From assembly GCA_000388065.2 (NCBI GenBank), contig KB932208.1: DNA of 32,780 bases; one strand, given 5' to 3'. How positions within the stretch are numbered: the first letter of the stretch is position 1; the number at the start of each line of letters is the position of its first letter. The translations under genes were made by a program, and so were the position numbers. Origin of the DNA: Fonticula alba ATCC 38817 (Eukaryota > Protista > Nucleariida). Positions 13,791 through 24,746 of the stretch are shown piece after piece. The notes beneath the pieces are model-generated. The model did no database searches and had not been told where the DNA came from. It saw nothing but the letters and a program-made list of their open reading frames with translations.

Positions 13791-16700
13791 CGGGCTCTTC
13801 CTCGCTCGGCTTCGACTCACCACCCCGCCCCATGGATCAGACGAGCGCCAGGATTTCCTGGTTTTCCGGGAGACGGTGGCCGGCTTCCTGGACTCCAGTC
13901 AGCACCTCCTGGTCCCGGTATTCGCCCAGCATTTGGGGGGCCTTGTGGGGGGTTACACCGAAGCCAAGTGGCGGGTGCGTTTGACTTGGGTGCTGGGCGG
14001 CTCTCCGTCTCTCTCCGTCTCTCTCCGTCTCTCTCCGTCTCTCTTTATTTCTTTTTATCTCCCTACGTCTCTCTACGCCCCCCTCCCTCCCTCTCCCTCT
14101 CTCTCTCCCTCCCCTCCTCCCCTCTTTTGCTCATGTGCAATCGCCCAAGGCTCACCATGACCCGCCGTCCTTCCTCCTCTTCCCCTCTTCATTCTTCCCT
14201 TCGCGCCTTCTCCCCCTGCTCCCCATGGACTGGGCCTCTCGCACACGCACACAGGCGACCGAGGCCGCGCTGTTTTGCTTGACCTCGGTCCTGAAGGCCC
14301 TTTGCGTTGGGCTGAAGCCCAGCGAGAAGGATGCCCTGCTGGGCATCCTGCTGGACATGCCCCGCCTCCAAAGCCCAGATTACCCCCTGCTGACGGTGGC
14401 CAGCCTGGGCTTCCAGGCCATCCTCGCCCCGCTTTTAACCCCCTCGGGCATGACCCCGCAGATGCCGGTCACTCCGCAGCTGCATGCCGCCAGCCAGGTG
14501 CTCGACCTGCTGGAGCAATCGATGGTGGCGGTGGACCCGCCGGTCAGGCTGGCCGCCGGTTCGGCCACCCTGCAGGGCTTGCGTGCCATCAACACCGCGG
14601 CCCTCGAGGCCCTCGGCACATTGGCCTCGCGGGCTAGCATCCAACTTGCCGCCAGCCGGCCCTTCGTCGATCGGGTGGCCGCCCTCTTCCAGCAAGCCAG
14701 TGCCCTGTACCTACAACAGGAGTGGGCAAGCCTCTCGGCCTCGGCATCGGCCACCGGCGCCCACAAGCCTCCCGGGGCCGCCGCCTCCCCGGATGTGCCG
14801 AGCGCTGGATCGGGTGTCGCGCCGGCCGTCACAGCCGCCTGCCAGGCGCTCATCGACATCACGGCCCGCCTGATCTGCCACCTCCCCCAGGCGGCCTTTC
14901 TGGAGGCGCTCATCGCCGTGTCGGAGCCCATTACCTCGGCCCTGGACCACACCCTGACCCTGAGCCGGCAGGGGGCTGTCGGCGCCCCGGCCGGTGGCGG
15001 GCCCTGTGCCGAGGCCACCGCCCGGCTGCTGGAGCTGCTGGGGCTGCTTTTCCGGAGCTCCACCTCCAGCGCCGAGGCCGCCCTCCACCGGCGCACCCAG
15101 CCAGTGTCCCAGGGCCCGGAGGCCGGCACTTCCGGCTGGTCCGACACCCCGGCGTTCGAAGTGCCCGATGACCTGGGCCCCGACGCCGACCGGGCCGGGA
15201 CCGATCCGCTATTGCTGCTGCTCCAGCACATTTGGCCGAATTTGAGCCGCTGCCTGGCGGTCTTCGCCCAGGCCGAGTCCGTTGTTTCGGTGCGTCCTCC
15301 CGGGTGTCCGCCTCGCCTGCGTGCCCGGTCCCGGCGCTCCACCCGGCGCCGTTGCCGCCCGCCTTCCTCCCCCCCCCCNNNNNNNNNNCCCCCCCCCGCC
15401 TGCCCGCCCGCCTCTCCCGCCATTTGCCATCTCACAGCCCAACCATGTGTCCCTCCGGGCTCCTCCGCCACCGCTCCATGGCGCGCGCCGGTACCGGGCA
15501 GATCGTGGCCGACCTGCTGGGGAATATCATGGACCGGGATTTGGCCATTCCAACCGGGCTGCTGGTGGCCATCGGCCAGACCCTGGTGCTGACCTTCGAG
15601 GCACACCCCTCGACCGGCGTGCTGACCGGCATCGATCGGGTGTGGGCCGCCCTGCCATTGCGAGCGGCCGGGCCCGGGCGGTGGCTGTCCGCTCGCGGCG
15701 GCCGGAGTCTCCTGGCCGATTCGGGTCCGGGGCAGACCCCGGCCGAGGTGGCCGACCTCCAGGCGCACTTCCACTTCCTGCATGCGACGCTGGTGGTGGC
15801 CTTTGCCCGGGCATGCGGCCTGACCGATGAGCGCCTGTGGGCCTGGCACCAGCTGGCCCTCCAGGTGCCGGAGTATCCGCCCGAGCGCGGGGCCTCCGAG
15901 GCCGTGGCCCGGCCGCGCATCGATGGGGACTTCGACTTTCCCGCGGCCCCGGCGTTGGATTTGCCCGGGCTGGGCCTCCGGCCGGACTTGGCCGCCGCCT
16001 TCTTCCGCTTCCTCGGGAATGTGGCCCAGCAAAGCCCAAGCTTCTGCCTGGGGCTGGGGATTTCCCCCGGCCCGGGCGAGGGCCCCGGCGAGGCCACCCC
16101 CCCCTGGCGGCGGCCCATCCAAAATCTGGGCACCCCCAATGGGGGGGCCCTCTTCCAGCCGTGGCCCTCGGCCATTGGCACCGCCAGGCCCGATGCCGGG
16201 GCCCACACGGCGGTGGCCCCGCTGGCGCGGAGCTTCGCCGATCCGGCCGTCCCGGCGGCCAACTTGGTCTTGGGCCTGGCAATGCATGCGCTTGGGCAGC
16301 TGAATGACCGGCCCTCTTTGGAGGTGCTGCTGCAGCTGCTGGCCCGGCTGGCCAGCGGCTGCTTGGCGGCCGGCGCCTCGGAAGCCATGGCCACCCATGC
16401 CCTTGCGTACTTCGTGCCGATTTTGGTGCGCGAGGCCCTGCTCCGGGTGGCCGGGCCCGGGCACCTGGCCGCCCCCGCGTCGCTGACGGCCCCGGTGGCG
16501 GCGGTTCTCCGACAGTGCCGCCAGTTGGCCGTCGTGCGCTTCCGCCGGACCCTACTCTTCCTGGCCGAGCAGCCGGGCTTCCCCACCCCCACGGTCACGC
16601 GCGCGGTGAAGCTGCGCTTTGCCGACGACATGATGCGGTGCGTGTGCCGCCCGGGCATTTGCCTCGCTCTTTCTCTTCCGGGGCCCCTCCAGTTTGCCGG

Positions 16701-16949
16701 GGGCGGGGGGTGGGTTTTTTTTCCCGTTACACCCATCCGCACATCGCGCCACCTTCATCGCCGCCATGCCCCTTTGCTGACATCGACCTCCTCCCCTCCG
16801 CACCTCCCCTCCCGGGCGCGCTCCTCAGCGGCAGCCCACGGCAGACGGCCGATGCGGTCCGCGAGTTCTCGTCCATCTGCCGCGGCGTGTCGGCCGGCGT
16901 CGCACGCACCACCGCCTCCAACCCCTTCATCCGTAAGCTTCTCGGATAG
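12042..16949 (+). CDS. IPO13: Importin-beta family karyopherin, importin-13/transportin-SR type, ~1255 aa; exons 12042-12068, 12171-12296, 12421-12588, 12690-13710, 13841-13974, 14255-15289, 15502-16637, 16829-16949
   Basis: The N-terminus shows an IBN_N/Xpo1-like pattern (AITCLYSP..AQGWLVSWQKSPGNW..LL..ECQYLGAQTLKNKF; LDYLALLPE). Internal matches are DFLVFRETVAGFL and ATEAALFCL. The C-terminus FPTPTVTRAVKLRFADDMMR..VREFSSICRG resembles the IPO13 C-terminus. All junctions are GT-AG and phase-compatible. The exon-7 acceptor (15501) is the least certain; the nearer AG at 15437 is out of phase. Confidence 0.8.
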
Positions 16950-17040
16950 GTGTTTTTCTTTCTCCCTTCGCCCCGCCCCGCCCCGGCCCGCCCCGGGCCA
17001 CCGGCCATGTTCGCTGGGCGGCGTGCCCTCCCGCGCCCCC

Positions 17041-17055
17041 AAAATACACCTAGAT
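17041..17055 (+). terminator. Putative polyadenylation element AAAATACACCTAGAT (IPO13-like 3' end)
   Basis: Near-identical to 11457-11471; in both genes TAGAT ends 106 nt after the stop codon. Confidence 0.45.
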
Positions 17056-17564
17056 CGCACCCCGGGGTCCCCCTCAGTGAGACCACCAACGGATGGCCAC
17101 ATCGCGCCTGATCTCCAGCACGCACATTCTGGAGCGCGACTGCTCCGTCGGCACCAGCCCTTGCCTCGGGCCACGCTGACCCGGGAGTCTGGCCAGCCCG
17201 CCGGGGCCGGGGGGAGGGGAGCGGTGCGGAAAGGCGGGGGGGGGGGGATTGTCCACCCCCGAGATTGCATTTCCCCTTCGATCCCGAGCAGGGCCGGAGC
17301 CGGCCCAGGTACTTTCATCGGCGCCCTCTTCCTGAGCCAGCCCCAGCCCCCTGGCCAGCCCCTCTTCCCTGATCATTCACACGCCACTTTANNNNNNNNN
17401 NNNNNNNNNNNNNNNNNNNNNNNNNNNNNNNNNNNNNNNNNNNNNNNNNNNNNNNNNNNNNNNNNNNNNNNNNNNNNNNNNNNNNNNNNNNNCTGCCTTA
17501 CCTGCGGGAATTCTCGGTCGGGCCCTCTCGCTAGCCCCCCCCCCGCCCCTATTTCCATCCAGAT

Positions 17565-18418
17565 ATGACCTCTCACTCCGAGGGCATGGCCATCCTGGTC
17601 ACCCCGAATGGCCGGGTCCAGGCCATCCCGTACGCCTCTCTTCAGGACTATCTCGGCCCCAACCCGGCGACCATCGCCAAGGTACCTTTTGCCCTTCCTC
17701 CGCCGTGCCCTCTGCCCTGCCCGGCCGGCCTGTCTAACATGCCTTGCAATAGTGGAGCGGCGCCTCGATCACGGCATTCGGGTCGAGCCCCTCGGTGGCC
17801 ATGCGCCATGAGCCTCACTCGGCCGAGAATTTCACCCTCCCCTCGCCGTACGGCGCCACCGCCCTGCGGGGGAACATCGTCTTCCGGCGGATGACTCCCA
17901 AGGAGCCGGAGCTGACGGTCGAGAGCCTGAAGAAGTTCGCGCTCAGCCGCGCCGGTGCGCCTGCATCACATCTGTCTGCCTCGCCTCCCTCTCCGCACCC
18001 ACCCACGCGCGCGCGCATACATACATACATATATACATATGCATGTGTGGGGGTGGGGGTGGGGGTGTCCTTGCGCATCCCCTCCCCTGCTGGCTGCCTT
18101 ACACGCGGATGTGCGGCATCTCCGGCACCGTCTCTCCCCTGACCTACCAACACGCATGCAGCCACCTGGAACTTGAAGGAGATCGCCGACCCGGCGGATC
18201 GGACGTACGCGGTTTTCGAGTCGGTTGACACCAAGGCCGGCCTGGCGGAGGTCTTCGACAACATTGAGGCCGGCTTGCGCCGGCAGGCTGCCGCGCTGGC
18301 GAAGGCCAACGCGGCGGCGGCGGCGGCGGTCGCCGCTGCGGAGAGCAGCTCCTCGGATTCTTCCTCGTCGGAATCCGACTCCTCCTCCTCGGACTCGGAC
18401 TCGGCTTCGGGCAGCGAT

Positions 18419-18462
<44 letters not shown>

Positions 18463-20517
18463 TGATGCCGACAGCGACGACGAGGACATGTTCGCCGCGT
18501 ACCAGGCCAAGCCCAAGGCCAAGGACAAGAAGTCGGCCCTGCTGGCGTCTCTCACTCAGGCCTCCAGCGCCAAGGCCCCGGGGGCCGGCGCCGCGCCTGT
18601 CGCCGGCGGCCGGCCGGCCGGCAAGGCCATCGGCTCAGCCAGTGACATCTACTCGGCCGCGGGTGCGGACACGGCCAGCGATTCGGAGTCCGAGGCGTCG
18701 GATGCCGGGCCTGCCGCCGGGGTGGTGTCCATGGATGTGGACAGCTCCGACGAGGAGGTCGACGAGAAGGCCGCCAAGAAGGCTGCCAAGGCCGCGAAGA
18801 AGGAGGCCGAGAAGGCGGCCAAGGAGGCGGCGAAGGCTGAAAAGAAGTCCAAGAAGGACAAGGAGTCCAAGAAGGACAAGAAGGACAAGGAGTCCAAGGA
18901 GTCCAAGAAGGACAAGGAGTCCAAGAAGGACAAGGAGTCCAAGAAGGACAAGAAGGACAAGGAGTCTGCGGAGCCCCAGAAGGCTGACGACGGTGCTTCC
19001 AAGTCCTTGAAGGTGTGTGGCTTCTCTCTCCCTCTTTCCCTCCCTCCCCCCCTCCCCCTCCCCTTTCTACTGCCCACCCATGCTCGCCTCTAATCCCCCC
19101 TGACACTTGAAAACGGCCACATATACATACACACCCCCAGCGGAGCAAGCACGGCATCTGGATCGGCAACCTGCACTTCCGCACGCGCGAGGACGAGCTG
19201 GCCGAGTTCTTCGCCGAGTGTGGCAAGATCACTCGCATTCACCTGCCGAAGGACCCGGCCAAGGGCACCAACCGGGGCTTCGCCTATGTGGACTTCGACA
19301 CGGCGGAGGCCGTGCTCAAGGCCCGGAAGCTCAGCGAGTCGACCCTGGTCTTCCGGCGAGTGCTGATCAAGGACGCGTCGGACTTCTCCAAGCAGGCGCC
19401 GGCCTCGGGCCCGAGCGGCCCGGCGGCCCTCCGCACCCCTCCCCCTCCCCTTTCTACTGCCCACCCATGCTCGCCTCTAATCCCCCCTGACACTTGAAAA
19501 CGGCCACATATACATACACACCCCCAGCGGAGCAAGCACGGCATCTGGATCGGCAACCTGCACTTCCGCACGCGCGAGGACGAGCTGGCCGAGTTCTTCG
19601 CCGAGTGTGGCAAGATCACTCGCATTCACCTGCCGAAGGACCCGGCCAAGGGCACCAACCGGGGCTTCGCCTATGTGGACTTCGACACGGCGGAGGCCGT
19701 GCTCAAGGCCCGGAAGCTCAGCGAGTCGACCCTGGTCTTCCGGCGAGTGCTGATCAAGGACGCGTCGGACTTCTCCAAGCAGGCGCCGGCCTCGGGCCCG
19801 AGCGGCCCGGCGGCCCTCCGCACGCAGAAGCGCCCCCGGTCGGAGGCCGAGGAGGCCTCCGGCGACGGGTCCGGCACCGGCGAGGACGCCGCCGGCCCGG
19901 TGGTGGACGAGCGCACGGCCAAGTACGGCGCCGTGGCCTCGCGCACGGACCTCCCCCAGACGACCTCGCTCTTTGTGGGGAATCTCTCCTTCAGCACCAC
20001 GGCCGACATTTTGCGGAATGTCTTCTCGCCGTTCGGCCAGCTGGAGGGCATTCGAGTGATGACCTTCGAGGATACCGGCCGGTGCAAGGGCTTCGCCCTG
20101 GTGGACTATGCGTCGCAGGAGGACGCGCAAAAGGCCTACGACGCGGCGGAGTCCCTCTTCATCGATGGCCGGTCGGTCCGTGTGGAGTATGCCTCCTCGG
20201 AGGCCGTGCGCCGGGGGAAGCTCCACCACCGGGGCCAGCAGCTGGCCACCGAGTCGGGCCGCGTGAACAAGAAGCGCCGGGTCCGGGTGCGCGGTGGCAA
20301 GGATGCGGCCGCGGGTGCGGCGGCCGGCCCCGAGGCCGACCGGCCTGCCGCTGCCCCGGTGCGCACCTTCTCCGAGAGTCGCTATGCGGCCTTGGCGGCC
20401 AGCAGCAGCCAGACCGGCGGCGAGGACGCCGGCGAGCAGACCAACCGCATCAAGGGCACTTTCGGCCCGGGCGGCATCCCCCTGTCGCAGGGCACCAAGA
20501 TCACCTTCGACGATTGA
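17565..20517 (+). CDS. NOP13: Nop13-like nucleolar RNA-binding protein with two RRMs, an acidic/Ser tract, a Lys-rich tract and an extra N-terminal domain, ~719 aa; exons 17565-17681, 17753-17954, 18162-19012, 19528-20517
   Basis: RRM1 reads HGIWIGNLHF..ITRIHLP..NRGFAYVDF..KLSESTLVFRRVLIKDA. RRM2 reads LFVGNLSFSTT..IRVMTFEDTGRCKGFALVDY. The C-terminus is SQGTKITFDD. All three match the fungal Nop13/Rnp24 pattern. A putative 5'UTR intron runs 17309-17562 and spans an N-gap, so the true start could lie upstream. The last exon is partly duplicated (see the repeat at 19050-19823). Confidence 0.8.
18413..18478 (+). repeat. Coding 12-bp repeat encoding (SDAD)5
   Basis: AGC GAY GCC GAC units in exon 3 of the Nop13-like gene. 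Confidence 0.9.
18848..18967 (+). repeat. Coding repeat encoding KKDKES/KKD units (Lys-rich tract)
   Basis: AAGAAGGACAAGGAGTCC units in exon 3 of the Nop13-like gene. Confidence 0.9.
19050..19823 (+). repeat. Apparently perfect 387-bp tandem duplication (19050-19436 / 19437-19823) of an intron 3' end plus the RRM1-coding sequence
   Basis: The acceptors ACACCCCCAG end at 19140 and 19527, 387 nt apart. I saw no differences between the copies by eye. There is no N at the junction. Confidence 0.95.
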
Positions 20518-20750
20518 ATGAGGTGATGGTGATGGCGCTGTTGATGCATGCATGTATGTATGTATGTGTATGTGTGTGTGTGTATGTGCCTGCCTGCCTG
20601 CCTGCCCGCCTGCCCGCCTGCCTGCCCGAGGGTGGCTGGTGTGCCTGTGCGCCCGGCCATACGCCGTGCTCATCCGTTTGCTCTTTCCTCGGCCCTTCGT
20701 TCCCCGTGTCCCTCGGTCACCATCCGAGTGCGCCGAAGGCGGCCAGCCTC

Positions 20751-20765
20751 AAAATGAACATAGAT
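20751..20765 (+). terminator. Putative polyadenylation element AAAATGAACATAGAT (Nop13-like 3' end)
   Basis: AATGAA variant hexamer plus TAGAT, followed 11 nt later by (TG)24. Confidence 0.4.
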
Positions 20766-20773
20766 TGCTTGCG

Positions 20774-20775
<2 letters not shown>

Positions 20776-20823
<48 letters not shown>
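20776..20823 (+). repeat. (TG)24 microsatellite downstream of the Nop13-like gene
   Basis: Read directly. A shorter (TG)10 lies at 11577-11596, downstream of SERCA. Confidence 0.95.
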
Positions 20824-20824
<1 letters not shown>

Positions 20825-23800
20825 ACTGTCGCCGATCGGGGAGTAGGGGGCGCCGGCTGCCGGTCTGAGTTTAGCGTGAGTTAACAACACACGGATCTGA
20901 CGGAGCTCCCGGGAACCTGCAGCCCGTGCGGCGGGCGGTCGTCAGACATGCCGGCGGAAAGGGGAGGGGACCGACGTTTTCACTGGCGCCTCGCTCTCCG
21001 GCCGGCGGCGGCGGGAGGGGGCCTTTTGCCCGCAAGCCGGGAGCCTTCGGGGGGGGGGGGGGGGGGGGCCAGACACGCGGCCAGGCGGGGAGGCAGTCGG
21101 AAAAAAGCCGCCTGACATCCGGGTCCCCTGGGCATGCGAGCGCGTGAGCCACCTCGCGCGGAGGCCGGGGGGGGGGGGCGTCAAGGAGGAGGGAGCATGC
21201 GAGCCAGGCGCGCGGCGAGCGAGACACACGGAAGCGGGAGGGGAGGGCGCGGGGCACCGGCGGGGCGGAGCCAGCGCGCAGGGGCCCCCGGCCTCGCGGG
21301 GTAGACTCGAGAGGCCCCCCGCCCCCCCGCCGGCCCCCGGGCCGAAGGCGAACACTCGGCACGGCTGGCCCTTTTCGAACGAGGGGCCAAACACCAGCGC
21401 CCGGGGCTTTCCCCATCGCTGTCAGGCAGGGAGATGGCCTCTGACATTCCAGCGGTCATGCGCGGGCATAGTATGCACGCACGCCAAGGTGCTCGGTGTG
21501 GGGCGCACACCGCGGTCAAGGACGCCCCGGGCCCAAGCCCCCTGCAAATGCGCCCAGGCCGCCGGCTGCTCCTCCGCTCCCGGCGCCCAGAGTCGGGGGT
21601 GGGGGGGNNNNNNNNNNNNNNNNNNNNNNNNNNNNNNGGGGGGCGAAGCCAGAGGAGAGGTGCGTTGGTAAGCGCCGAGACGCCGTCCCGGGGCCGCAAG
21701 CGGGAGGGCTTGCGGTGAGGGCACGCCCCCCCCCCCCCCCGGCGCGTGGGGGGCGCGGCATGTTGACGCGCCGGACCTGGGAGGCCCAGCCAACGCGCCG
21801 GGCATGGTGGGGGCGGCCGCGGGCCAACTGGGCCCGGGGCCCGCGGACTGGCAGGCGGGCCCGACGTGCGCCGCCCCTCCGGCCCGCCGCCCTTTCCCCC
21901 GGGGGCCGCACACGCGGATCCTCGTAGTTGCGACGCGCGCGCGGCCCGGACCGCGGAAGGGGCAGGGGCGGGCGTGCATCGGGGGGGGGGGGCGGGGGGA
22001 ATGGGGGAAGGCGGCCGGCGCACGGACACGCGCGTGAGGGCGTGCCCGTCCAAACGAGCCGCCCGGGCCGGCCCCTCCGGCGCCCCTCCCCCTGAAGGGT
22101 GCCTGGTGCTGGTCGCGCCGTGGCAACACGGTGTGCGTGTGTGGGCGCCACACGCCGCGCCGGAGGGCCGGCCCGTGCGCGGACGGCAAGCGGGCGTTTC
22201 AGCCTGCGCGAGGGGGTGCGGCGTTCCCACACGGCCGTGCGACAGCGGCGTGGTGTTTGTGCGGCTGCACCTGCCGCTCGCGCCGGGGTTGGGTGGACGA
22301 TTTGTTCTCGGGTCGGCCCATTGTCCCTGCATCGAGAGTAACCGCCGCTGGTGCTGCCGGCGGGGGCCGCCCCCCCGAGAGGCAAGGGCTGTGGGCAGGG
22401 CAGAGGGACCACCGGGGGCGAGGGCGCAGAGAGAGAGAGAGAGAGGGAGAGGGCGAAAGCGCGGTGGATGTCCAGGGGGGGGGGGGGGCTGGACAGGGGC
22501 GACCGGGCGCCTGTCGCCGGCGCCGGCGCCTCCCACCCGAGGGAGGCGCAGGCCGCGGGGGCCTCGCCCATGCTCTCGGCGACGCGTCGCACGCCCGCCC
22601 GGCGTGGCCCGGTGCATGGGACTGGCACGGCCGTGGCGGTAATTTGGGCAGCGAACAGCGGGCCGCGGCCGCGCCGGGCTGGGCATTCGCGCCGAGGACG
22701 CACCGAGCCACGCTCCATCCCGGCCCCCGCCCGGGCGCCTGCGCGGCTGCGGCGGCCAACAATAACCACAGATATCATGCCGGCACATGCGTGGGGGGGG
22801 GGGGGGGGGCCGAGTCCGCGGGCCACACGCCCCCCCTCCCCCCGAGTCGAAGCGGCTAACTGGGCCTGGGGCCGCGTTGGTGGCATTCGGAGTAGCCCGG
22901 CACAATGGGGGGGGAGGCTTCATGCGGGGCGCCGTTTCGGGTTGCCGCCGGCCGGGCCCGGGCCCGGGTGTCATGCAGCTTGCCGGGTGCCTGCCGGCCT
23001 CCGCCCCAGGCGAAGTGCCGTGCGCGAGCCGACCGTCCTTGGATATCGCCTCGCCGTGCCGGCGCTCGCGCAGCGCCCCCCCCCCCGCGCCGCTCCCCCA
23101 TGGGGGCGGGAGTTGCGCGGCATGCTGACGCCGCTCCCGGGGCGAGGGCGCCCATCCGGGCCAACTCTCCCCCGGGCGCCGGGCCTCCGCCCCCCCCCCG
23201 GCGAGAAGGGCCGCGGGACCTGCGGCGCGAGTGGCAGCGGCCCGGCGGGCCTCGCCGACTTCCCCCGGGCGCGGACCAGGCAACCGCGACGGCTGGCCGG
23301 CGCCCGTCCTCCGCAGCGCGCCTGGGCGGCTCTTCTGCCAGGCCCCCCCCCCCCCCCCGGCCCTGGTCGGCTCCATCGCCCGGGCAACGCCACGCCGAGC
23401 ACGGGGGGCCGGGCAGAAGCGGCCCTCCCCGCGGATGCCCGCGCCGGCCCGGACTGCCTGGTGACCAGCATGGCCTCCAGCCGGGCCCGTACGCAAGAAT
23501 GCTCCCCCCCCCCTTCCCCCCCGCGCGCGCCGGCCCGGCCGCCCGCCCCGGTGCCAGGCCCTCGGGCGCGTGAACCGCACGAACATGCCTTCCTGGCAGG
23601 TAATATGCGCGAATGCCGGCGCTCCGCTATACCCGGGAACCGGGAGCCCGGCGGCGCGGGCGGCACATCCCGCGAGCCGGGGCCGGGACCCGGCGCGCGC
23701 GCGTGGGATGGCCTTTCCATGTACCGCCGGCCGGCTCACGCGTGCCCCGGCGCGAATGCGCGCGTGTCGGGTAGACCATGGCTGCCGGCGCCCCCGCCCC

Positions 23801-23955
23801 CCTTGAGCGCCCTCGCCCAGAAGGGCCGGGAATCCATGCGCAAGCGCACAGGCGGATGCCCGCTCCTGGGAATCAGTTATTCGCGCGTGTAACGGCCGCA
23901 CCCCCTGTGACAGGCGCGCATCGCCCCCCTCGGACACGGGCCGCCCGTCCTGCCG

Positions 23956-23997
<42 letters not shown>

Positions 23998-24647
23998 AGC
24001 TCCCATGCGCCGCCTGGGTGGGGGGGGGGGTCCACGCCGGGGGCCTCTGCCGCGGGCCGGCCATCGCTCGCGCCCCTCTCCCCGCGTCGCCGCCGCAGCG
24101 TGTATTGTCCCTCGGAGGGGGCCGGCGCACGGCGTGATGGACCCCGCGCTCGGGCCGGCACGCCCCCGGGCCCGGCGGCAAGGGGCGTCTGCTCGCCCGG
24201 CCCCCCCCGCCCCCTCCCCGGGCCACGCCCACTCGGCCGGGTGCGCCGCCCATCTGTCCTGCGCCTGGGCGCCCCGCCGGCCGGCCCCCCGTGCTCCGGT
24301 AATCAAGATCCATTGCTGACTGTTGGGGCCCGGGGAAACACCCATGGTTGGTGGGTGTTTACACGCGAACTTCCCCCGCCCCCCCCCCCCCCCGATGGGC
24401 GAGCAGGTGCCCCCTCCCCGCTCCCCTGAGCGTGCGAGGACTGAGCCTCCCTCGCCCCCCCCCCCCACCCCACCCCCGGGTGGGCGGGAGAGAGAGAGGG
24501 CGAGAGTGAGGGCGCGAGCCGGGACCACCCTGGGGGCGCGGGGCCCCGCGCACGTCGCCGCCTGATCGAACAGCCCCGCCGCCGCCCGGCACCACGCTCG
24601 GCCTATGCGCACTCCCACCGCGGGCTAGATCTCCCACCGCGCGGCGC

Positions 24648-24746
24648 CCGACCGACCGACCGACCGACACACCGACCGACACACCGACCGACACACCGAC
24701 CGACACACCGACCGACACACCGACAGACACACCGACAGACACACCG
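24648..24746 (+). repeat. 12-bp minisatellite: (CCGA)3, then 5x CCGACCGACACA and 2x CCGACAGACACA
   Basis: Units start at 24660, 24672, 24684, 24696, 24708, 24720 and 24732. Confidence 0.95.

Noticed and set aside
17494-17506. CCTTACCTG resembling the U1 snRNA 5' end (or a perfect minus-strand donor CAGGTAAGG)
   Set aside because: The following sequence does not match U1 stem-loops or an Sm site. It is a 9-mer next to a gap and cannot be evaluated further.
21181-24618. 1145-aa minus-strand ORF and other long ORFs at 21-26 kb
   Set aside because: The Arg/Gly/Pro/Ala-dominated translations of very GC-rich DNA cross an N-gap and homopolymers, show no domain motifs, and are open in several frames at once.
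24648-24746. Tandem array considered as CRISPR or telomeric repeat
   Set aside because: No spacers, a eukaryotic context, an interstitial position, and no telomere-like unit.
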